Shown here: positions 1 to 13,224 of the stretch, in pieces
How positions within the stretch are numbered: position 1 is the stretch's first letter
Layout of the letters: each line of letters begins with the position of its first letter
Source of the DNA: the human T2T-CHM13v2.0 reference genome, Homo sapiens
Reading direction: 5' to 3'
Length of the DNA stretch: 64,000 bases
Assembly: GCA_009914755.4 (NCBI GenBank)
Contig: CP068257.2
Location: 39,072,001 to 39,136,000 of the forward strand
Notes under the pieces: model-generated
What the model saw: the letters and a program-made list of their open reading frames with translations, nothing else
Database searches by the model: none
What the model was told of the DNA's origin: nothing
Program-made: the position numbers and the translations under genes

Positions 1-416
1 GACCTGAGCACCTGTGTCACAAGAAATACGGTAATTACTAAAGAGAAGCTGTCTGAAGCAACAGAGGGCACAGCTGATGAAAAGAGGTCCTAGAACGCCG
101 GAGCAGGTAAGGGGACCAGGAGGGCAGCACGGTGGGAGGCTAAGCTGGAAGGAAAGAGGACAGCTCTTCCTGTGGGAGAGAACGTGGGGCTGAGCCATGA
201 AGGAGGTAGAAAGGGTCATCTGAAGAAAGCTGTTCTCAGCCCCTGCAGAGTGAAAAGTTACGATCCTTTGAACACTGGAGAGTAGGTGCAGCAGAGTTGA
301 GAATGGGGTGCTCCAGGATGCTGAGAAAAAGCTTGGGAAAGACCTCTTCAGCTATACAGACGCGGGCGCAAAAACACCTGAGCATCCAGACAATCAGTGA
401 AGAGCTGGTTAAGACC

Positions 417-720
417 GGGCCACGCACGGTGGCTCACACCTATAATCCCAGCACTTTGGGAGGCCGAGGCGGGCAGATCACGAGGTCAGGAGATCGAGAC
501 CATCCTGGCTAACATGGTGTAACCCTGTCTCTACTAAAAAAAAAAAATAGCCAGGTGTGGTGGCAGGTGCCTGTAGTCCCAGCTACTCGGGAGGCTGAGG
601 CAGGAGAATCACTTGAACTCGGTGGAGAAGAGGTTGCAATGAGCCGAGATCGCGTCACTGCACTCCAGCCTGGGTGACAGAGTGAGACTCCATCAAAAAA
701 AAAGAAAAAAGAAAAAAGAA
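417..720 (+). mobile_element. Alu SINE, full length, with an A-rich (AAAAGAAAAAAG) tail
   Basis: Reads GGCCACGCACGGTGGCTCACACCTATAATCCCAGCACTTTGGGAGGCCGAGGCGGGCAGATCACGAGGTCAGGAGATCGAGACCATCCTGGCTAACATGGTG...GAGCCGAGATCGCGTCACTGCACTCCAGCCTGGGTGACAGAGTGAGACTCCATC followed by an A-rich tail. This is a direct match to the dimeric Alu consensus. Confidence 0.95.
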
Positions 721-2555
721 ACCGGACTGGCATAAATGCTCAATGTGCCCAGTCTGCAGGAACGCTCCACAGGCTGACGGTGGAGAAGGGAAGCGGGGTG
801 GCTCCTAGACTGAGGATTCCACAGGTGACGCGGTTGCTGAGGAGAGAGGAAGTCTGGGCTGCTGGATGGTTTACTCCATCCTGCCCCATCTGCTCAGAAG
901 GACAGCCACAAAGGGCTGACAGCCATGGTAGCTCCGCCTGAGGGATTTCTGGAGGCCAAGCAACCCATCTGCTTAAGAGACCTTCCTCCACCTGCTCCAG
1001 CCCAGAGCAAAGGACACAGCACCATAAGCCTGGTCCAACCCACCTTTATCTCTGCTCGACAATACCTTGAGTTCACACTGACTTCTTGAGTAGCTAGCAA
1101 GTTATTCTGAGTCACAAATTATATTTCTCAATCTCAAATCCTGTTTTCTTATACTGTGGCACATTGTCTAAGCAAATCTTGATTTGTGACATCTATTTTA
1201 GCTTGTCGATAATAATAATAATCTAACAGCATTATGGTTATCACTACACAATATTCTTTCCTAAATGATCCTGTTATTCTCTTGAATTTTCCTGAAATGA
1301 AAACTCTTAGATGAACAACAGACCAGAGAATATGCTTGTGTCCAAATTACATCTGATTGACTTAGCTGGCCATCTGTTTCCCATGTCTAGAAAGAACCAA
1401 ACATCACGGGGAGAGAGAGAAAGCAGAAGATCCTTAATGGCAGAATATAAAATGAACTCCATTTACACTTAGGTGGAGCAAGGGAAGAGTATGAGTCAAT
1501 GTGTTTTCAGACCTTAAAATAATTTGGGATGAGACCTTTCTTAAGGCTTGAAATACTTGGGTACAAGGCAATAAAGTACATAAAGCATAGATTTTCTTCA
1601 TTTGCTTTCTCCAGCATTTCATGATGAGCATATGCAAAGTGATCGTTGAATGTATGAAAATGAAGATGAGCCAACATCATTTAAAAAGTTGCATGGCACA
1701 GAGAAGAGTTAACACAGTAGGTCTGAGACTGTCAGTCTTATGAAGGGCTGCTTGCAGGACTGTCCCTTGGCTGGTATCTGGGAACTAGGATATTGGCAGC
1801 GTTCCCACCACCCTTAGAGTGGCTCACTGCCTGAACTGCATAAGCAATACAGTTCATGATGAGCACCTGCCTTCCTTGGGGAGTCTGGAACTTTGGCACA
1901 TACCAAACATACCAGGGTGCCTACGTGACCTGCCCCCAAAGGAAACCTTGGCCACTGAGTCTCCAGGAGCTCTCCTGCTCCCCTGGTAGACAACATTGCA
2001 CCTCTTATCATGACTCATTGCTGGAGAAATTAAGTGCTTCCTAGTGATTCCACAGGGAGAAGACCCCTGAGAGCTGGGGCCTGCTTTCCTCTGAATGTCA
2101 CCTCATGTGCCTTTTGCCTTTGCTGCTTTTGCTCCATAGCCTTCTCCTGTATTAAGTCACAGCCATGGATGCAGCTACATGCTGAGTCTTCCTGGCAGAT
2201 CACCAAACCTGAGGGTGGGCTTGGGGACCTTTGACATGGGCATGTAACATCCTGCAAGATTAAATCTAAGAAAGTGAAAAAATAACTTTGACAGCAGTTG
2301 GCTTAAGAAGTGGAATATTCAATTTGGAATTTTAATATCCTGGCATTGTATTGTGGGAGAGGACTAGAGAAATCACTGCATATCCATGGGAGGAAACTGA
2401 GGCAAACAAAAACAAAAACAGAGAGAGATAGAAACGCCTTTCCCTAGGCCACCCAGCTAACCTGAGTCAGCGCTGCAATCAAGTCATATTCCAGAAACTT
2501 AAAATAGGAAATCAAGGGGGATTTTAGTGTGACTGAGTGGCCCAACAAATGAGGT

Positions 2556-2945
2556 TTTACACACACATACACAACACACAGATACAGAGCACACATCACA
2601 CACACCCCCTGCATATATCACACACACACACACAGAGCACACACACCACATAGCACGTACTCCACACACACACACACACACACCCTCCACACACACACAG
2701 AGCTCACACACCACACACAGCACACACTCCACACACACACCCCACACACATACAGAGCTCACACACCATACACGGCACACACACACACCACATATACACA
2801 GAGTACACACCCCACATGCCACACACACACCACACACACTACACACACATACAAACACACATCATGCACCACACACACATATGCACACACCACACCAAAC
2901 ACCACACACATATGTGGACACGCACATCACACACATGTACACACA
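2556..2945. repeat. Compound imperfect (CA)n / CACA-rich microsatellite, about 390 bp
   Basis: Long runs of cacacacacacaca interrupted by cacagagcacacac and ccacacaca units. The six-frame ORFs 2499..2858 (Cys/Val-rich) and 2816..3292 (His/Thr-rich) are translation artefacts of this repeat. Confidence 0.9.
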
Positions 2946-5900
2946 CCCCTCCTGATATCCTCTGGGCTAAATTTGCCCCAATGCTTTCTTTTCTTGTTTT
3001 CTTTTTTAAAGAAAAAATATTAACATACCTATCTCTATGTGTCTATCTACTTGTTTTGGTAGTGCAAAAGTCAAAAGCGTACTTCTCTGTGTTGGGTTGT
3101 ACTCCACAATACACAGTTTGCAGCTTTCAGAATGGGTGCAGGTCTCCTCCTGGCAGGCTGAGGCCCTGCAGACTAGCTGCTATTGTGGCTGCTTTGGAGC
3201 CTTGCTGGCAGCTGTTTGGAGACTCAGGCTGTGCCCCTCGCCTTACACGACCCCCATTCTTGGTGTCACACAGGGGCTCTCCAGAGCTGTAAACAACCAG
3301 CTTTTAATTACTTTCAGGTGGCAGCGGGGTAACATGCAAAACCTAATTTAGTGAGCGATAGACTTAAATGGAAAAAGTATAACATAATTAATGATTTTTA
3401 AAAAGAAAGAGACCAGGGCCCTCTCTTCCTATTTCTCAGTTAATTCACTCCCAAAAATATAGCATGGTAAAAACATGACATCTCTGTGCCTTTCTAATTC
3501 CAGTCTGATGTGCACGTTCTGAGCTGAGAATACTTTCCAGTGTTTAAAATGAGGTTCTTATTTACTAAAAGCAATATAAATAGAAGATTAGATGATACAT
3601 ACAAAGACAGATAGCTAGGTAGATGATAACAGACAGAAAAATGTTCCTTTTATACTTTTCATTTGGTCCCACGAATTTCTTTTCAGTGAATGTTAAAGAA
3701 ATGCTTCTTTAATTCTGCAACTCTCTGGCACTTTTAAAATCAAAGATGAGGCTTTCAGGTGACTCTAGGTTTTTTTTAAATTTCACATTATTTTAATGTT
3801 TATCTCATTCCTTTTACTCATAAGCTCTTTGAGGGCAGACTCAGGTCTCCGCAAGATAGCAGCCACAGCATAGCAGATGTCTGGAAAATGCTCAGTGAGG
3901 AGCAATAAAATCACAATAGAAGTGCCACAGAAAGGGAAGGTTAACTTCTATAGTCAAGAGTGCACAAAGCAGAGGCCCCCCACAGCATGACCCTCAGGTC
4001 CCCCCGACAGCTGTGCTAGCTCTCCCTCCCTCCCCACATGAGAATACGGCATCCAATCTGCTCTTAGTTCTGGTTTGCTGAAACGTGCTTAAGGGCAGCC
4101 TTGTCTAATTTGGTTGGCTGTACCTATAATCTCTTTTCCCCTCTCTAAAATGCAAAGGTTTTCTTAAATCACAACCTCCTTTCTGAAACCTTCTCTACTT
4201 CCCCAGGCAAAACCGTGTGTGTAGCTACAGCCTCAGGCCCTAAGCGCCTACTGCAGCACTTAACACCCCAAGAGGGACAGTGCAGGAATCTCCCCAAGCA
4301 TCTCAACAGCAGAAACCATCTCTGCAGGGGCCTGGGGAGGGAGTGCTTCTTAAAGCCCAAGTCTTGCGTGATCTATGATGCCCAGACCCAGTTGTGGCAG
4401 TGAAGAATTACAGCCAATGTTTCATGTAAAGTGGTTGGTTTATGTCCTTTGATATTTCATGTGGGCAGAAAATTGTTCACGTTTAGCCAAAATACAGAAA
4501 GAAGATAATCATCCTTCGACCTGAACTCAATGATCCTAAGAGGTAAAATTCTCCTTGAATCATCACTAATAGAGGTATTCAGATAGGAAATATTACAGCA
4601 GAAAATTGGGCCACTGCTAAAGAGGGAGGCAGTTTCTCTGGGAATAGTAAAATGTTTGCTTTTTCCATTTTCCAAATCCGGTTACCCCTGGGCTGTGTCT
4701 TTGATGTTAATGTAGCTAAACCCCTGGTGAGATTCTCACAATTTTATCAGAAGAAACAGAAACGGAAGGCTGGGCTCTCTTACTGCTGGCCTCCCTAATC
4801 GGGAGGAAATTCACAACAGGCTTGTGAAGGGAAACCCAAATATAAAGCCGGTGTTATTGTTTTTTTCCAGGATGGTGTTTTATGTATCTCCACATCAGCA
4901 GTACCTCCAAAAGCATGTCATTATTCAAGCTACTATATTTTTACTGGGCTACATTAATATTATGGCATTTAAAAGGATTTCATTGCAGCTTAGGATAAGT
5001 GATGAGGATGTCTAAAAAAATCCACATAGACATCATGACTCTTGTTCTTCCTGGCTCATTTTAGGGAGGTAAGAACACAATAGGTCAGGATCTGTCATAT
5101 TAACTGAGGTCATCTGATGGCACCTTGTGTGCCTGTCTCTGAAATGCTTTTCCTCTGCACATTTACGACCCCACCCCCATCCATCATACCAGAGGGAAGG
5201 GTCACCCTGTAAGGCCCCAGGGCCCAGGGAAGAGCTCAGGCAGGCAGAAAAGCAACATCAGATATTATGAATCTTTCCTCCATTTGGTAGAATTATGGGA
5301 TTTCTACTTTTCAGCTGTTGGGGTATTCTTTCCAAAGGTCACTCCAAATCAATGAACTCATTAATGTCCTTGATAATGGTAGCCTCATGGCCTCATATGA
5401 TGAAGAGGCATAACTTGATTCCTGCGTCTACCTTCAGGCCAACCGAAGCCTGTCCTGGAAAGAAATCAATGCAGGCCCTAATGTGCAGTAAGCTCCCAAA
5501 AGGAACCATGACAATATGCACAACACTCATTAAACCCTGACAAACACTGCATTTGTGCTTCTCAGGAAAATAAACTACTCATTTGTTTTCTTAACCAAAA
5601 TAAAGGGCAAAACCTAGTGAGACATACTAATAGAAACCATTTTGCTTCTTTTTAGGGAAATACACAAACATCTTTAATTTTGCTTTTCATTAAAAAAGAA
5701 TTTGTAGAAGACAAATACCCATTTACCTTCACCAGGATTTCCAAAGGTCCCCTGGCCTAGAGATTCACAGAAACCCAAAGCTCATCTGTTAGAAGCAGGT
5801 CTTTGCTGCTCCGACCTTCCCAGGGGATCTCCCAACAGTCAAGGCTGAGCAGCTAAGCATCCCCCAGGCTGACAGGTCACACTTCGCCCTGAGCCCAGTG

Positions 5901-7317
5901 GGGCACGTTGGGCCATGGCCTGTGAATCATGCTTTTGGGCCCTCTCTTGACTGCCATCAGCTCTCAGCTATCCTAGGTCAACTCTCTGGCACTCCCATAC
6001 CTGCTCCTAACTCACTCACTTAGTAAGATACTTACACAGGCTTATTTCCATGGCTGATTTAGTTAATCGCTTTTCTCCATGGAAAGAATCAACCACTGAA
6101 GGAAGTGATCTCTGCAGAGTACGAATGCTTCCTGGAACAAACTTCCCAGCCAGATCCCAGCAGGCTGGGATGACTTGATAATCCGGGAAGAGGGACCTGG
6201 GAGATGGCCATGCCAAGGAATAAATCCAAACTAGCTCGCAGGAGTTACAGTTTATATACAAAGCAGAGACAAATTAACCTTTTACAGGTCATCTGCTGTG
6301 CATATGGCATTCAGGACAGCTTCCCTGAAGGTCAGGGCTAATTTAGAAAAAGTCCCTCTGTTCCTGGGACTTCTGTGCTATGCAAGGTCGTTCCCTGAAG
6401 CCAAGAATCCCAGTGCTTCCCTGGAGTGGCTCAGCCCCAGCCAGTGTGGAGGGAGGGAGGGTCTTCCTTTTAGCGGCCTCCACCCCGGCACAGCCTGGGT
6501 GATGGGGGAGGGAGGCTGTCCTCTGTCCTTATCTGTGCCTTGTGCTGGTAACCAGAGAGAAATATAACCCTTCTCCACCTAAACCTCCTGAGCATGGTTT
6601 ATTTATTAAGATCTCCAATGTTTTAAACCATGCGTCACCTCCAGTGACTTCATGACCTCCTTTTCTGGGCATTGCTGATGGGTGGAGCTCAGACACTGGG
6701 AACAGGGTCTGACTGTAGCAGTGAGCAACAGAAGTCAGGTAAAATGCTCAATTTCCAGACTTTCTATTAGCAGATCATGCCACTGCTTTGGGGCCTTGTT
6801 GTCATTTACAAGGTCATTTTTAGTGACAAGTCTATTCGACTCAGGTTGAACGACCTGATATGAAGTCTCTCTCTCCCTTTCTTTCAGTGATTTACTTACA
6901 AACCAACCAAAGCTTCTTACTGATGTATTCCTTAATAAGATAAACACCTGTGTTGTATTTATTTTCTAGATGCTGTTGTGAAGTACAAACCAAGCACTTC
7001 TCCAAAACTTTTGCATTTAAAATTGTATGAAAGGATGAAGCTCCAGTATCTGACTGAGGAGAGGACATGGGCTTTAACAGTTCCTATCAGAGGGGCATAA
7101 ATTCTATATTGCATGCCAGCATCATCCCCTCACTAGATACACATTTCCTTTTTTTTATTTAGTTAGGTTCACATTTGAAGGAAAATAAAGTCTGTTCACA
7201 GAGATTGCAAAAAGGTGAAACAAGAACAATGAGGATGCTGCTAATTAAAGATGTCTAAAAACAAAAGAACACACGTATTATGCATAACCAAAGAGATTCA
7301 AAAATCCTCCTGGTAGA

Positions 7318-7563
7318 ACATGTTCTCACTTGTAAGTGGGAGCTGAATGATGAGAACACAGGGACACATAGAGAAGAACAACACACACTGGGGCCTACTT
7401 CGGGGTGGAGGGTGGGAGAAGGAAGAGGATCAGGAAAAATAATTAATGGGTATTAGGCTTAACACCTGGGTGATGAAATAATCTGTACAACAAACCCCCA
7501 TGACACAAGTTTACCTGTGTAAAAAACCTGCACATGTACCCCTGAACTTAAAATAAAAGTTAA
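7318..7563 (+). mobile_element. LINE-1 3'-end fragment (3' UTR, about 245 bp plus poly-A), flanked by 18-bp target-site duplications
   Basis: Matches the L1 3' end: ...ctcacttgtaagtgggagctgaatgatgagaacacagggacacatagag...acctgcacatgtacccctgaacttaaaataaaagttaaaaaaa. Identical direct repeats aaaaatcctcctggtaga lie at 7300-7317 and 7564-7581. Confidence 0.85.
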
Positions 7564-9235
7564 AAAAATCCTCCTGGTAGATATTTCAATTTCTCACCCA
7601 GATTTCCAGTTCTCCTCTTCCTTCAGGCACATGCCCCATTGAGGTCAGGCATGGCCATGAGACTTGCTTTGGCCAATTAAATATGAACAGAGATAACATG
7701 TGTCACCTCCAAGTGGAAGCACTAAGAAGGCGTTTGTAATTCTCCCATGCTCTCTTCCTCTGCCAGAGCAGACCATGAAGCTGAAAATTTGGATGACAGG
7801 GTTAAAAGATGGTGAAGTCTCTATCCTAGGTCACCGAGTCCGGAAGATTGAAAAGGTAGCTCCCAATTCTTCCACTCCCTGAACCTATACTCCCTTGCCA
7901 TATAAATTGGAGGGCCTCTCCCCTTTGATTCCGAGCTTAGCCAGATGACTGTCATCAAATCCTTCCATTTGCCATTAAGACAACTAACATGACCCCTAAG
8001 GAGAGAAGATGAAGATGTTTCAACACTGAAAATTAGCAAATAAAAATGTATAAGGGAGTCTCTATTCTGATTATTACAATCGCATTTGAGTTATTAAGCT
8101 TAGTATTTTTCAACACCCTAAGTTAAATTATGATAATTAATCAACATAACAGCAAGGAATGTACTGTTCATTGAAGTGTGAGGGGTTTTGAATTCACTGT
8201 AAAGACAATGTTTTCATAAAAACTAAGAATTCCATTCTATCCTAGATTCCTGTAATGTGCTATGATGGCAATGTATTTCAACTTTGATTTGGATCTTTTA
8301 AATGCCTCTGGTGGTGGTGTACAGTAACCAACCTCTCTAGCTAATCAATAAGCTGAGAAACAAAAACGGTGTGTCACCGTGAGGGTTTAGTTCCAAATTC
8401 TGCTCTCTATAAATGGATAAAATGTTGCTTAGTCAAGAAGTCTGTTAACATGTGTGTTGTGCGTGTGTGCACCCGCATGTGAGGGCATACAGACATGTCT
8501 AAAAAAGGCAACTATTTATAATCCACATCGGAACACAGACTATGCTCCTCACAATTCTTTTCCGAAAGCAGCCAACACATTTTGAGATATGCCAACAGTC
8601 ATTATCCAAGGATGTAAGAACAGGAGCACCATGCATCACGCGGACAGTCGCCTTTCCAGGTAAATAGCACAGAGCAAGAAATCAACACCATTAGAAATGA
8701 AGAACTGCAGTTTCTTGGAGGCTAAATTTAAATTTTGTCTTTTCTACACACCAAATATAAGCCAAGAAATTATTCATATGCAAATATACATTTCATTGCT
8801 ACATATATATTCTTAGTAGAATCTTCAAGAAATAGGTCAGAGATACAACATAACTCTCAAGACATTGGAAAGCACCAAAAGGTCATGAAAACAGGGCTTC
8901 CATTTTCCAGATTTTAGTTTCAGAATGTCAGCTATATATGCAATGCTGAGGTCTCTCACAGATGCAAAATACTACTACCTTGTTTTTAGAAGCAGACGTA
9001 AAACCACAATTTTCTCAAAAAAGTTAACACAATGGCTACAGTTACAGTGCCGGTAACTAATCTCTCTTCATCAGTCAACCCACCAAAGGATGTCTGAATC
9101 AAGCCATTATAAGCCAATACAAAACACTTATTTCAGGTTTACTTACAAAATAGCATCAGCCTTAAGAATACTAATTCTGAATTATGATGAACACATAAAC
9201 GGAGACCCGATTCCATCTCTGAAATAACCTTTTCA

Positions 9236-9463
<228 letters not shown>

Positions 9464-9622
9464 TCAACAGGCTCATTCTGAGAGTATCTCACTGTAATAT
9501 ATACACTGCAGCACACACACATCAATTGCATAACATATCTTTCTGGAAAACAGTTAAGATGCCTACATTTCACGTCTTTCATCGCCTGACTTAAGAAAAC
9601 ATTCATTCCCTTAACAATACAT

Positions 9623-9893
9623 AGCTGGGTAAGGTGGCTCATGCCTGTAATCCCACCACTTTGGGAGGCCAAGATGGGTAGATCCCTTGTGCCCAGGAGT
9701 TCAAGACCAGACTGGGCAACATGGCAACACCCCATCTCTACTAAAAATACAAAAAAATTGCTGGGCATGGTGGTGTGTGATTGTAGTCCCAGCTACTTGG
9801 GAGGCTGAGATGAGATTACCTGAGCCTGGGAGGTTGAGGCTGCAGTGAGCTATAATCATATCACTGCACCCAGCCTGGGTGAAGAAAAAAAAA
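9623..9893 (+). mobile_element. Alu SINE, antisense to DSCAM, about 200 bp upstream of the exon-3 acceptor (in intron 2)
   Basis: Reads gctgggtaaggtggctcatgcctgtaatcccaccactttgggaggccaag...ggctgcagtgagctataatcatatcactgcacccagcctgggtgaagaaaaaaaaa. Confidence 0.95.
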
Positions 9894-11981
9894 TACACTA
9901 CACTCTATACCAAGGGGCCAGAGTATAATCGAAAATAGTTAATAGACCCCCTGAAGGTATCATGAGATAGGAAATAGCTTCATGAAAGAAAAGTTACTGG
10001 CTCTGCAAAGTTATGATGATGGCAAACTGCTATTAGTCCTCTAAGGGCCGAGGAAGATTTTTTTTTCTGACTGCAAAAAATGAATAAAAAATTCAGGCAA
10101 GGCAATTTTTCTGGGAAGCCTTGAGAACTCTGAGACAATTAAAATAATTTTTCATTAGTAAATTTTTAAATGACAGTTGCAAAGCAGTTTGGGAAACACT
10201 GATCCTGCTTCCCATTGTTTAGGGAAGGATGTTGATTAGACAGCCTGCCCAAACACTCCAATGATAGGAGCATCCCAGAAAGACTGCAGAGTGGACTTCC
10301 ACGTCCTTGATGTCTAGGCTCAGAGGCAGGGTGGTACTGGTGTTCAGAACCTACCTAGCAGGCCCAACTCCCTGGGTTCAAATCCAAGCTCGGCCACTCC
10401 CTGACTGTGGGGCAGTGAGCAAATCCTCTCACCATCTATACCATGGGGATGATGTTGGTAGCATCTGCCCCCTAGGGTGACTGTGGTGAATCAGTTAACG
10501 TAGGTGAAAATTCAACAGTGTCTGCTAGAAGCAGGTTGGGTAAGGCCACACTTACCAATAGCCAGAGATGGATCCCCAGGGTTGGGGAAGATCTGTCTCC
10601 AGGGAAGTAAGACACTGATGAATATAGTCCCAATTAGATGTGCCAGCCTTACTTCTTTAGAGCTTTGTTTTCCTCAAATTTAAAATGAGGGCATTGTGGT
10701 GGGAACCTCTTCAAGGTCTAAATCTTATAAGTCTATGATTTTCTAAGATACCCACAGAGATAACTTATTGTCTAATCATCTAACCACCTCACTTAAAGAA
10801 TTAATCACTTACTGGACAAATATGTGCCATGAAAATGGTTTCAAAAGGTACTAACACACCAACAAAGCTAAAGGTGAATTTCTCAAGGGAAATCTCCCAG
10901 TAGGCAGAGGTGAGCTCTTTAGAAGAGGACTGTTAAGGTCGGGCTAACCTTGTGATATGCTGAGCATTTTTGTAGTAAAGCATGTCTTTCATGAAAGCCT
11001 TCCTCTCCAGTTTCCATTTTTAACATTAGCCGTTTTTCCCCAACTTGGAGAATTTCTTCATTATTGTATCTAACCAGAGAGATTTTTCCAAGTATTGAAA
11101 TCTTCTGCGACCCCCATCACTGTAATCCCCAAGCGGCATGAGGTGAAGGTCCAGGCAGCAACTCCACACCTCCTGCAGGAGGTCCACTAGGCAAAAATTC
11201 AGGGCGCCCAAGAGACTGACCTCAGCAACAACATCCTTACACCGAGAGGAGGGAACTGACTTTGTACAGAAAGGCTCCTGCATAAGTAAACCTTTGCTGG
11301 GAGCTGAGGTCTACGGTAATAGATTAGAAAAAGACTATGAAGATATAGGCAAACTAATCAAACTCATTGGTGAGAATCTGGGCATGGTGAGAAGCAGAAG
11401 ACAGAGAGGAGAAGAGGAGGATGGAGGACAGAGGAGAAAGAGGGACTGGTCAACAGAGAGAGTCTACCGTCACAGGAATAGTGCCCCTAAGCAGGGGAAT
11501 GATTTCAATTTAAGCTCCTTTGTCTGTGTGATGCTTGTTTCTTTGCAATAAAATCACTCTGTCTCCCCAAACCTTCCGCAGACTCTGCTTCAAACATTAA
11601 TGACTCAAGTAGGATAATTTTTAATAGAAATCAAGGAAAGGGGTCAAGTTCCATGTATCAGACAGGAAAGTGAGAAGAAAAGATGTTCACCTGTTTACCG
11701 GGAGACACGGGAAATGCCTTCCCACCAGGTGTACAGCCTACACTAGATGGGATCACAGGAGCCATAAAAATATGGGGTGACTGACCGGGGACATTCCCAG
11801 TGTTACCACCCAATGTCCAGTGTCCTAGGAAACCCCTCAGTCCCAGCACTTACCCACATATCATGGAGTTTTCTCCTCTCTAGCTACCCACTGCCCTCAC
11901 CAGTACCAGGACACCTTAGTAGTCACAATTTTAAACCTGTGTGACTTTTGCTTCTCCAACCTCCAGGTCAGTCCCAAGAAG

Positions 11982-12094
11982 CCCAGATCTTCTCAAAGCA
12001 GGGACAGCACTGTGGTGATCTGAACCCCAGCTCGCTCAAAGGGAATGGGGATCAGAAGAAAACTGCACACTCCCCATCCCTTCTCCTTATTCGA
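11982..12094. repeat. Copy 1 of a 113-bp direct duplication
   Basis: cccagatcttctcaaagcagggacagcactgtggtgatctgaaccccagctcgctcaaagggaatggggatcagaagaaaactgcacactccccatcccttctccttattcga recurs at 12661-12773 with about 95% identity. Confidence 0.8.
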
Positions 12095-12660
12095 TTACTC
12101 ATTCCACAAAGATAGCCTGTGCAGTGAGCCTTTAAAAAATTATCTTAGAAAATACTTGGCACACAAGAGGTGTTCAATACATATTTTGAGACTGAATATA
12201 TAGAAAGACAGAGCTTCCATTCTGGGAGAACTTCTAATCCTTTTACAGAATATACATGTATGCACATTTGAATTTATAGCCACTATCTATAGTTTTTTAA
12301 AAAAATGCAAATCAGGGTTTTATTAAAGCTCCTAATCTTTGTAATAGAGCATTGTTTGTTCCTGAGGCCTCCATAACTTAAGACACCAACATTGCTGTCT
12401 ATGGCGATATATCTCTCAGAGGGCCATGTGAGTTTCCTGAGCCCATAGTCAGCCCCGAAGACAGGGGTGCAGCCTTGATCTTCATTCTACATCCAACTAC
12501 TGCTAACTTTGTTGCAGTAACAGACACTGGGCTAGAAACCTGAGATGCAGGCAAAAAAAAAAATACACTTTGTTTTAAATTTGATTGACATTTGCATTAT
12601 AAGACAGAGTATTATCTAAGTACTGTGCTTGGTGTCATAAGTTAGGCTCTCCCCAGAGAG

Positions 12661-12773
12661 CCCAGATCTTCTCAAAGCAGGGACAGCACTGTGGTGCTCT
12701 GAACCCCAGCTCGCTCAGAGAGAACGGGGATCAGAAGAAAACTGCACACTCCCCATCCCTTCTCCTTATTCGA
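12661..12773. repeat. Copy 2 of the 113-bp direct duplication
   Basis: cccagatcttctcaaagcagggacagcactgtggtgctctgaaccccagctcgctcagagagaacggggatcagaagaaaactgcacactccccatcccttctccttattcga. The two copies are 679 bp apart. Confidence 0.8.
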
Positions 12774-13224
12774 CCCCAAAAGGAGGAGCTGGGTTCAAGC
12801 GACTGAGCAAGGACACAATCCCCTGAGAGGCAGGGAAAGTGTGAGTAGGGCAGGGAGGGAAGCAGCAAAGCAGGTGTGTGGTTTCAGGTGAAGTCCCAGC
12901 CACACCTGACATGCTCGGTCATGCAGAGGAGCTGGGATCCCCTGTTGTAGCTGTCTGTCATTGGCTTAGGGCTGGCCTCAGGAGGATGGAACTCCCAGGC
13001 ATTTCCCACTCTTGTTTCTGTGAATGGTTCCAGTGCCCAAGCAATCCTCTGAAGGCTGCAGGTTCATGTTCTTAGCAACCAGCGCGCAGATCTTGGGGGA
13101 TCTGATTCAGGGATGCCAGTAGGGTCCACTGCAATCATTTTAGCCTTCATTCAGTAAAATCTGTCATCTTTTTAGATCAGAAGAAAAAAAAATCTCTGGT
13201 AATATGACTTTGAAACAAAATCAG

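Noticed and set aside
2499-3292. Cys/Val-rich (2499..2858, minus) and His/Thr-rich (2816..3292, plus) ORFs that could look like metal-binding or low-complexity proteins
   Set aside because: They are pure translation of the (CA)n/(TG)n compound microsatellite. Codon periodicity equals the repeat unit.
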